A stretch of DNA of 23,331 bases, from IMG/VR virus record IMGVR_UViG_3300042691_054280; one strand, written 5' to 3'. Positions within the stretch are counted from its first letter, which is position 1. Each line of letters opens with the position of its first letter. Shown here in pieces: positions 1-7,155 of the stretch. This stretch comes from an uncultured virus (IMG/VR IMGVR_UViG_3300042691_054280) (taxonomy: Duplodnaviria; Heunggongvirae; Uroviricota; Caudoviricetes; Crassvirales). The notes beneath the pieces were generated by a model, which saw nothing but the letters and a program-made list of their open reading frames with translations, had not been told where the DNA came from and searched no databases. A program made the position numbers and the translations under genes.

Positions 1-65
1 GTTCACTCTTCTGCCTGGCTTGGGTGAGTACTTTGTATTCACTCAAGCTATGGCATTTGGGTTCT

Positions 66-119
66 GAGTTAACAACTGAGTTAGCTTCCGAGTTATATCG
101 TGAGTTAAGTTGTGAGTTG
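66..119 (+). repeat. Five GAGTT(A/G) motifs at an exact 12-nt period
   Basis: GAGTT starts at 66, 78, 90, 102 and 114 with variable spacers; also reads in an open frame (<3..194) as xEL repeats. Confidence 0.75.
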
Positions 120-482
120 ACCAGGAATCCCTTCACCATTTTCGAGGTCTCAGCCATACCTCGAATTCCAAATGGTTATTCTATGGCACTTTAACTAACC
201 TAACCAATAGCCTGGTGGCATCACTGGCAGTTTTCAACTCAGCCTCGAGCAAGCTGAGCCATTTTACACAAACTACTAGCTCTCTAATTAACTCTTTAAC
301 CTCTCACAGATGAAAGAACTTATTAAAGTCTGTGACCATGGCACAGATCGGGATAGCTGGTAGTCCTTACCCAAACTCTATCACTCAGCATAAAGCAGAT
401 TCTCCGCGATCTGTGTCTCGTTAATAGCCCGAGATTATGCTGGTGATAGAGTTTACTTTGTATTCCACTTAACTTCAATTAC

Positions 483-821
483 ATGAAACCACGGTACTGG
501 AAATACTACTGCATTTTAAACGGTGATTCAGAGGTAAAAGTGTATCGACATATAGTTGAAGGCAACAATGTCAATCATCTTAAACCTTTGAAAGGTGCAA
601 ACAGACAAGCAAAAGAGCTTGTAACAGTGATTACTGTCAAAGTTCCCATGGAGACATTTGAAGCCTTCAAAGAAATGTTTGACTCTTCTGGACTTCAAAC
701 AGATGATCGGTTTTTCACTGCATCTTTTGGTCTGCATAAAAGGCCAATTGCAATGGAGTGGGAAAAAATCAAATCTGAAATTCTACAAAAATTTCCTTTA
801 ACACCAATTCTTACATCATGA
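483..821 (+). CDS. Hypothetical phage protein (112 aa)
   Basis: ORF track; A/C-rich leader ttaacttcaattacATG; stop overlaps next ATG (ATGA). Confidence 0.75.
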   Translation: MKPRYWKYYCILNGDSEVKVYRHIVEGNNVNHLKPLKGANRQAKELVTVITVKVPMETFEAFKEMFDSSGLQTDDRFFTASFGLHKRPIAMEWEKIKSEILQKFPLTPILTS

Positions 822-952
822 AAAAACTCATCCTTTTGGTACTCGTTGCTATCATGGCTACATCGTGCGCTACTACTAAGCGTGGCTATGATTACAAAGC
901 GCACCAAAAACGTTCTCAGCAATTCAAGAAGCATGCTGGGTGCTGGCATTAA
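818..952 (+). CDS. Small putative lipoprotein (44 aa, MKKLILLVLVAIMATSCATTKRG...)
   Basis: Hand translation, not in ORF track; MKK, hydrophobic stretch and lipobox-like ATS-C; translationally coupled to the upstream gene. Confidence 0.7.
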   Translation: MKKLILLVLVAIMATSCATTKRGYDYKAHQKRSQQFKKHAGCWH

Positions 953-981
953 TCTGCTTCTCAACCAAATTCCATCTCACA

Positions 982-1245
982 ATGAAAAAGATTTTGCTCT
1001 TTCTTCTGCTTTTGGCCGGCATGGCCTCTTGCAACATTAATCCGGAACGTCCTGTCCGGATTCTCTACACAGGTGAAAAAGCCTTTGTGGAATTGCCTCA
1101 CGATTTGTATCGGCCAACCGATACATTAGTTGTGACCTATGATGTCCCACTGGACAAATGGAAAGTGGACACTTACTGGCAAAAATTTGCCGGTAACCGC
1201 AATCCAAGCGGAACGTGTTTCAAAGCAGTATTCATCCAAAACTAA
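982..1245 (+). CDS. Putative lipoprotein (87 aa, MKKILLFLLLLAGMASC...)
   Basis: Start moved to ATG 982 within ORF 940..1245; signal peptide II-like with MAS-C. Confidence 0.75.
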   Translation: MKKILLFLLLLAGMASCNINPERPVRILYTGEKAFVELPHDLYRPTDTLVVTYDVPLDKWKVDTYWQKFAGNRNPSGTCFKAVFIQN

Positions 1246-1253
1246 ATACTGCA

Positions 1254-1472
1254 ATGAACATTACTATTCTCAGACCGTATTATCTTAACGGTCGAACCGA
1301 GTTCCTGAAAGTAGGCGCTGTGGTTGCGGATAATGCTGAACAAGCAATCCGCGGGATGAGCCGCCGGTTCAATCGTACTACTGCCCATCCAATTGAGGAT
1401 GGGATTGTACTCGGTTTCCCTGACGGAAGCCGCTATCAGGTCCACGACGAACAGCTGCTCCCTGTCACGTGA
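1254..1472 (+). CDS. Hypothetical protein (72 aa, MNITILRPYY...)
   Basis: ATG 1254 follows the previous stop; followed by a hairpin terminator. Confidence 0.65.
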   Translation: MNITILRPYYLNGRTEFLKVGAVVADNAEQAIRGMSRRFNRTTAHPIEDGIVLGFPDGSRYQVHDEQLLPVT

Positions 1473-1486
1473 ACCTACCATTTTCA

Positions 1487-1526
1487 AAAGCCTCGGTGAT
1501 AGCAATATCACTGGGGCTTTGCTTTA
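1487..1526 (+). terminator. Intrinsic terminator-like hairpin with GCAA tetraloop
   Basis: aaagcctcggtgata-GCAA-tatcactggggcttt followed by gcttt. Confidence 0.7.
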
Positions 1527-1548
1527 TTCACCAATTTTCTCTCTCCAA

Positions 1549-1878
1549 ATGAAAACAAATCTTTACGAAGCCGATTCTTATCTTGCCAATGCGCGGGATA
1601 AGATCGCAACCAAGCACAATCGAAAAATTCTGACTTGGTTCACATTGAATCTGATCGTTATGATCACATTCTGCATTTTTATGGCCATGCATGTCAAAAA
1701 CAATGACATTCCTGGTTGGCTGGGCTTTCTCCTCTTTGTTGTAGGAGTATATCAGGCAGTATTGACTGCTGAACTTGCACTCAAATTGCAGGTAAAAAGA
1801 CGAAAGAGTAAATCGACTCTCATACGTAATAAACCCAGCCAGACAGAAGTGAAGCTCAAGCATTGGCTTCCAAATTGA
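1549..1878 (+). CDS. Membrane protein with two predicted TM helices (109 aa)
   Basis: Start at ATG 1549, downstream of the terminator; two hydrophobic segments and a basic tail. Confidence 0.7.
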   Translation: MKTNLYEADSYLANARDKIATKHNRKILTWFTLNLIVMITFCIFMAMHVKNNDIPGWLGFLLFVVGVYQAVLTAELALKLQVKRRKSKSTLIRNKPSQTEVKLKHWLPN

Positions 1879-2147
1879 CAAAAGTCTGGGGCTGGGAGAG
1901 GTACTCGTTCCCGGCGAGGATGGAATTCAGCACTCCATACACCTCTTCACGATTTTTTATGTGAGTTTCAACCGCTACACGTAAGAATCTGAGCATCATA
2001 AGAGCAATCTTATGATGCAAGAACGCAATTGATCACCCTCAGGGATATAAGTATTCCCATGGTGCGTTCGTAATGCAAGTTTTGCTCTTGCTACTAATGA
2101 TCTAAAATTCACAAAACTCATTAATCCTTTAACCCCTATCACATCAA

Positions 2148-2879
2148 ATGAAAAAGGTAGAAATCGTCATCAATGACGTACCAAAGCTTTCACAAGCTCT
2201 GCAGGGCAACCTGCTCTACATCGTAGGGCTTGTAGATCCAAATGATCGTCCTGATCAGGCGCATGCGAAAGCTGAGGCTTTTTACAAGAAAGCGTGGGAA
2301 GTCTTTAAAAAGGCGACCAACAATTTCACTGAAAATCTCGAGGCGCTGGCGCACATCGAAAGTCTAACACGTACTGTTCTTTCGACAGATTTGTTCACAG
2401 CTGAAGAAAAGTATTTCTTCTGCTGCCTGGGCTCTGAAAAGTTCCAAAACATCACTCTTTTTGCATATGCGCGTCTTTCTGAGGAGAATGCTGCTGAAGT
2501 GAGTGAAATCACTGAAAAAGTAGATCAGTTCAGCGAAGTAAATAATGAGCTGACAATCAATGCAATCAGAGAAATCCTCTCAAAGTTTGAAGAGGATTAC
2601 GGAATCCCGACAACGGCAGCGACGATTTACGGAAAAAGCTCTGCGTGCAAATTTGATCTGTCGACACTTGCAGCTTTCATCGGACATGAAAGTACAACTC
2701 CTGAAGAAAAACAGGAGCTGAAAACAGAAATTCTTGATTTCTGCAGCAAAGAGCATCCGGATATGAATCCTCTTGAGGCCATGGTACTCAGAGCGCTTCA
2801 GGGTCAACTTTTACCTGGAGGGCATGAGATCACTGAGCCTCTTGAGTCTCCAACTTCAGGATCTACAACTGAAGAGTAA
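2148..2879 (+). CDS. Hypothetical acidic protein (243 aa)
   Basis: Long ORF with typical ttaacccc...ATG leader. Confidence 0.85.
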   Translation: MKKVEIVINDVPKLSQALQGNLLYIVGLVDPNDRPDQAHAKAEAFYKKAWEVFKKATNNFTENLEALAHIESLTRTVLSTDLFTAEEKYFFCCLGSEKFQNITLFAYARLSEENAAEVSEITEKVDQFSEVNNELTINAIREILSKFEEDYGIPTTAATIYGKSSACKFDLSTLAAFIGHESTTPEEKQELKTEILDFCSKEHPDMNPLEAMVLRALQGQLLPGGHEITEPLESPTSGSTTEE

Positions 2880-3376
2880 TGACTCGAAAGGATCGTATCA
2901 TGAAGGTCCTCTCTGATTCAGAAATTACCAATGAAGATTTTCTCTGGGCGGCTGAAAACCTACCAGAGGAATCTTCTTCTGAAGAAGAAACAGCTCCAAA
3001 AAATGGGGCGGCGGATGACAAAGTGCAGACAATTTTACAACTGTCTCAATCTTCTGTAAAAGCAACACAAGAAGTCTACCAAAAGATTTTTTCGTTTGTA
3101 GACCAATGTTTGCATGCAGAGGACGGGGCAATCAGCAATGAAAAGCTACTGAGATTTGCAAAAAGAAAGTTTTCGTCAGAAGACTTTATGATTCTTTTTG
3201 CAATTAATTCTCCGTTAGTCATCGCACAGGCTTTGACAAAAATATCTGAGCGTGGCACAATGGAAAATATGATGACATTTCCAGCAAGAGTAAAATTGCT
3301 GGAAGCGCTGCATGAAATTGCACAAATGTCAGATCCATCAGTACTTTTTCAACGACCAGAAAAAAGTGAAGAATAG
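2879..3376 (+). CDS. Hypothetical protein (165 aa)
   Basis: TAATG stop/start overlap with the upstream gene. Confidence 0.8.
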   Translation: MTRKDRIMKVLSDSEITNEDFLWAAENLPEESSSEEETAPKNGAADDKVQTILQLSQSSVKATQEVYQKIFSFVDQCLHAEDGAISNEKLLRFAKRKFSSEDFMILFAINSPLVIAQALTKISERGTMENMMTFPARVKLLEALHEIAQMSDPSVLFQRPEKSEE

Positions 3377-3465
3377 CGTGTGCTGCCAACGTGCTGGCAG
3401 GATTAGTTAATTGGTTAGACTACACCCTTATAGCAGAGATTGGCCATTCAATTTCACACGTTAAA

Positions 3466-3508
3466 AAAAGGTTGGGGGCTTGGTATGATAACCAGGCCCC
3501 TGCCTTTT
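3466..3508 (+). terminator. Intrinsic (possibly bidirectional) terminator
   Basis: aaaaggttgggggcttggt-atgata-accaggcccctgcctttt, flanked by A and T tracts. Confidence 0.65.
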
Positions 3509-3537
3509 GATTGTTTCATTAATTTAAACCCTCTAGT

Positions 3538-3759
3538 ATGAAAATGAAATTTCGGCCTCATACAAGGAGGCAAATTTTGAATAGAACCCGCTACAAAAAA
3601 GCACTTCGATTTTTCCACAGTGGAGACGGTTGGTATGCAGAATTTAAAATAAGGCAAGAGTCTGAAAAGACTTTAAAGGTTTATTTGCCACTAGTCGCTA
3701 TTAGCGTTTGTTACGCAATTGCAGACATCATTTTTGTTTTGATAGAAATTTTCCGTTAA
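3538..3759 (+). CDS. Small basic protein with C-terminal TM segment (73 aa)
   Basis: ORF track; tttaaaccctctagtATG leader; hydrophobic C-terminus. Confidence 0.6.
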   Translation: MKMKFRPHTRRQILNRTRYKKALRFFHSGDGWYAEFKIRQESEKTLKVYLPLVAISVCYAIADIIFVLIEIFR

Positions 3760-3805
3760 TCCGGATAACGATACTTTCTGTGAGAGGGAAGTAGGATGAG
3801 CATTT

Positions 3806-3829
3806 AGGCTGGGGTTTCCCAGCCTTTTT
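3806..3829 (+). terminator. Intrinsic terminator
   Basis: aggctggg-gttt-cccagcct plus TTTT; the U-tract overlaps P1 of the twister-like element. Confidence 0.7.
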
Positions 3830-3932
3830 GCTAATGCGTCATAACCTGGTTCCCAAGGCCAGGCAGGTATGGTAGTTCATGCTGAACTGAACAAATAGGG
3901 CTGCTATCATACCTGAACGCAGAGGGGCAAAA
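3826..3932 (+). ncRNA. Twister ribozyme candidate (type P1, with long P5)
   Basis: P1 ttttgc/gcaaaa; UAA at 3832-3834; P2 tgcgt/acgca; P4 cctgg-TTCCCAAGG-ccagg; P5 caggtatggtag/ctatcatacctg; GAGGG at 3922-3926 able to pair with the loop CCC. Confidence 0.65.
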
Positions 3933-3975
3933 TCAATTCATTCATTTATTAACCATTTCAAATCATTCCAAAATC

Positions 3976-4590
3976 ATGATGGAAGATCAGAAAAACATCC
4001 TGAACTCAGGATCATTGACCACGCTTCAGCCTGGTCAAACACTGCTCGTTGGCGCCCGCAAGGTGGCCGGTGACAAAATTCAACTCGAGTTGGCGGAGAT
4101 TATCCCCACTCGTGCGACCAATCCGCTTGCAGCTTTCAACGAAAGCGACGATCGTTTCACAAAACCGGGTGCGCGCCGCGCATGGATCACAGCTGAGCCT
4201 AAAGATGCCAGCGCGAAGCTCGGAATTGACCTGACGGACAACAATCCGGCATGGGCAGTGAACGACATGGGTCAGGAAGTTCTTTCACTCATGATCCTTA
4301 AGCCGGTTGCAAAAATCGGTGAAAGCACTCATGAGTTGAAAGTGCAGATCAACGAGACTGTTACTCCTACTGAGTATCAGGCTCAGAATGTCTCAACTGC
4401 GGCAAAACGTCGTGGTGCGGACGGAGAGTACATTCTCCACAAGGGAATGTACATCTTTGCGAACACTACCGTGGTGTTCGACAAAGCCAACCATGTGTTT
4501 CTGGAGCCTGATGCTCCGGCAACAAATCTGGCCGGTGGTATTAAAGCTGAGTCTGTAAGCTCAGCTCCGTTTGGCGAACTGGGATCGTAA
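3976..4590 (+). CDS. Hypothetical phage protein (204 aa)
   Basis: Long ORF, long A/C-rich leader, own terminator; function not recognised. Confidence 0.85.
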   Translation: MMEDQKNILNSGSLTTLQPGQTLLVGARKVAGDKIQLELAEIIPTRATNPLAAFNESDDRFTKPGARRAWITAEPKDASAKLGIDLTDNNPAWAVNDMGQEVLSLMILKPVAKIGESTHELKVQINETVTPTEYQAQNVSTAAKRRGADGEYILHKGMYIFANTTVVFDKANHVFLEPDAPATNLAGGIKAESVSSAPFGELGS

Positions 4591-4612
4591 GATCTCAGAT
4601 CTCTTGTGTGAA

Positions 4613-4645
4613 AAAGCAGGGGCATTCTTGTAATGTCCCTGCTTT
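4613..4645 (+). terminator. Intrinsic terminator-like hairpin
   Basis: aaagcaggggcatt-cttgt-aatgtccctgcttt. Confidence 0.7.
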
Positions 4646-4682
4646 ACAACACATTCATTAAGTTTCATTAAACCAACCAATC

Positions 4683-6119
4683 ATGGGAGCACCACTCACA
4701 ACTGAAGTAATTCAATCGATTAAAGATTTTTTACAAATTCCTGTATATGAGTGCAGCACTCTCAAAGCTTATAGCACCATTGCAGGAATTCGTCAGTATT
4801 TACCTGGATTTTATCCAGGCTGCAAATTAAGATTAGATGTAGAAAAATACTTAAAAGATCCAAGTAAGGAAGGATCGTATTATTACTTTAATGCAACTGA
4901 CTCAATTTTGAGTTTAAATTCTACGTTGACTGTATGGAACGGAAGTACTAATTCTGGAAGTGCTCATATTTATCCCGGGTATTTTTCGGATCTTCCAAAT
5001 GCCCCATTTTCTGAAATGGTTCCAACTTTTAAGCCTTCTGATTTACACGTTGTAGAGCGTGGATTTATTTTACTTACTTCTGGAGAAAGCTTTAATGAGC
5101 ATCCTGTTTATAAATCGGGTACAATTGTTAGATATGGGATGACTGAATACATTGTCACACCCCGACCACATGAAGGATCTATAATTATAGGGTGCTCCAG
5201 AAACGGCGCTGAACTATCTACAGATGCTGCAAGCAACGTGACTATCATTAAACCTGCTCCAGGAACTAGTGTTTTTATACAACCAATAAAAGAAGATGCT
5301 GCTACAACTACTGTAAGAACATCTGCATCAGACTTTCCATCTGAGTTACAGAGCGTGCTACTTTATCTGGATCCGTATTGGAAAAAAATAATTACAGATG
5401 TTATGTCACACTTCCCAAAAGAGCATCTCAATATTTTCAGGCATTCAAAATCTTTATATGAGGTTTTAGAGAAGATTGGAAGCAATCAATTTTTACGTTC
5501 TCCTTTATTTGTAGACTTACCTTCACTTCTCAAATCAAAGTACAGAGAATTCGTGTCAACCTCACTTTCCGCTTTATTTCGAGTCCTTGCTCAAGCACAC
5601 ATAGCCAGGTTTCCAGAAGGAATTCTTGTAGAGGCCATTACTTTTAACTTTAATAAATTGGCAACTCAATTGTGTACACGTAATTTTGCAAGATTCTTGA
5701 ATGTGGTTTTTCACGAAAATCATAGACCTGTTAAATTAGGATGGATTACTCTTGCGGCATATAAAACTTTACGTCCTTATCAGATTTTAGATGAAGCGTT
5801 TAATTGGCAAAAAGCACCTTACTGTATCGTTTCTGGGGATGAAAAAATTGCATGGGTAACAGCTTATGAGAAATTGAAAGCTGGCGATATTCTGATAGAA
5901 ACGGAAGAAGCACTATCTAAAAATCATGTCAAAACTCCTGAAACAATTGGTAGTCATTCTTTACCAAAAAACACATCTGCAGTAGGTGCAAAAATTAACC
6001 CCACCTCAAAAGCAAAATTGAATTTCAAACCCTCTGAAAAAAGCAAGATACAGTTTAAGGTACAGCCCGAAACCAAATTGAAGCTTGACTCAGAACCAAA
6101 GCATGATCTGCCATTTTGA
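4683..6119 (+). CDS. Hypothetical protein (478 aa) ending in an SSB-like DLPF tip
   Basis: Long ORF; low-complexity K/S/P-rich C-terminal region ending HDLPF. Confidence 0.85.
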   Translation: MGAPLTTEVIQSIKDFLQIPVYECSTLKAYSTIAGIRQYLPGFYPGCKLRLDVEKYLKDPSKEGSYYYFNATDSILSLNSTLTVWNGSTNSGSAHIYPGYFSDLPNAPFSEMVPTFKPSDLHVVERGFILLTSGESFNEHPVYKSGTIVRYGMTEYIVTPRPHEGSIIIGCSRNGAELSTDAASNVTIIKPAPGTSVFIQPIKEDAATTTVRTSASDFPSELQSVLLYLDPYWKKIITDVMSHFPKEHLNIFRHSKSLYEVLEKIGSNQFLRSPLFVDLPSLLKSKYREFVSTSLSALFRVLAQAHIARFPEGILVEAITFNFNKLATQLCTRNFARFLNVVFHENHRPVKLGWITLAAYKTLRPYQILDEAFNWQKAPYCIVSGDEKIAWVTAYEKLKAGDILIETEEALSKNHVKTPETIGSHSLPKNTSAVGAKINPTSKAKLNFKPSEKSKIQFKVQPETKLKLDSEPKHDLPF

Positions 6120-6186
6120 AGCAATTCAAGGCCAGATTCATACAATCAATTCACTTTTTTCTAACCCCAAATCAATTTTTACTCTT

Positions 6187-6525
6187 ATGAGTGAGAAAAT
6201 CAAATCAAAGTCCCTGATGGGACGCATTCTGGACGGTGCTCTTGACGCCGTTAAACGCCCGATCGTTGAAAACCGGGTGATCCGTGCCTTCGATTCTGCT
6301 ATCGATGATATCGAAGAGCAGATCTGTGAAGCAGAAAGCAAGCAGTTTTCACTCCGCGAACAGCTCGGTCAGCTGGCTCAGAACAATGGCGACATGTCAT
6401 CGGTGATGACACAGCTCGTTGAACTCCGTGGCCAGATTTCCGACCTGAAGGAAGCAAAAGTTGCCCTGATAGAGGAGATGACACAGCTGTGCTCTGTTGA
6501 AATCGAAGACGCTTCTGCAGAGTAA
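6187..6525 (+). CDS. Coiled-coil protein (112 aa, MSEKIKSK...)
   Basis: Start moved to ATG 6187 after ctaaccccaaatc leader; heptad-like helical sequence. Confidence 0.8.
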   Translation: MSEKIKSKSLMGRILDGALDAVKRPIVENRVIRAFDSAIDDIEEQICEAESKQFSLREQLGQLAQNNGDMSSVMTQLVELRGQISDLKEAKVALIEEMTQLCSVEIEDASAE

Positions 6526-6539
6526 TCAATGTTGCCGGC

Positions 6540-6572
6540 AAAGTAGTGGGGAAGCAATTCCCTACTGCTTTT
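6540..6572 (+). terminator. Intrinsic terminator with GCAA tetraloop
   Basis: aaagtagtggggaa-GCAA-ttccctactgctttt. Confidence 0.75.
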
Positions 6573-6594
6573 CCAATACTCTAATTCTGATTCT

Positions 6595-6849
6595 ATGCAG
6601 GTACAAAAGTTCAGCAGTAAGGAAGTCGAAAAAGCTATGACACATGTCAAAAGGTTTGACTCGGCAGAGTTTATAAAAGTTCTGACCAGCTTTCCTAGAC
6701 ATGGATACATAGTCTATGCAGCTAATGGCTACGGATGTGTCCAACGCGCTAAGAAAGCTGTTATGGCTTTACATCCTCATTTTCGTTTTGCTGATCGTGC
6801 AATTAGCAAAACAGAAAGAGTGATCATTCGAATTCCGCAGAAGAGATGA
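6595..6849 (+). CDS. Hypothetical basic protein (84 aa)
   Basis: ORF track; fills the gap between terminator and next hairpin. Confidence 0.6.
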   Translation: MQVQKFSSKEVEKAMTHVKRFDSAEFIKVLTSFPRHGYIVYAANGYGCVQRAKKAVMALHPHFRFADRAISKTERVIIRIPQKR

Positions 6850-6851
6850 AT

Positions 6852-6899
6852 AACGTTGGGGCTTTCTTTGCCGATTGTCCCAACGTTTTCTTATTATTG
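6852..6899 (+). promoter_or_regulatory. Possible Bacteroidota-type promoter embedded in an inverted repeat, upstream of the polymerase operon
   Basis: TTTG 6867-6870, 21-nt spacer, TATTATTG 6892-6899 (one mismatch to TAnnTTTG); IR aacgttggg 6852-6860 / cccaacgtt 6879-6887. Confidence 0.35.
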
Positions 6900-6924
6900 T
6901 ACATTCACTCAAATTCTTTCACTC

Positions 6925-7155
6925 ATGAGTTACATGAAATGGATTGCAGAGCTGATCGAAAGTGAAAGATTACAGATTTTAAAAGATGCTTATGATGAAG
7001 CAATTGCATTGCGTCAGCATGAAGTATTCTTTGAAAACACAGTAATTTCTACTGACACAGCTTACAACATACTCAACTATGTCAAAAAACATCAACATTC
7101 AGGAGGAGCTCCAGACGATAGTGCTTATTTCGAAGCACGAAAGTCTGATTGCTGA
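6925..7155 (+). CDS. Hypothetical protein (76 aa, MSYMKWIAEL...)
   Basis: Start moved to ATG 6925; overlaps the 5' end of the polymerase ORF. Confidence 0.65.
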   Translation: MSYMKWIAELIESERLQILKDAYDEAIALRQHEVFFENTVISTDTAYNILNYVKKHQHSGGAPDDSAYFEARKSDC

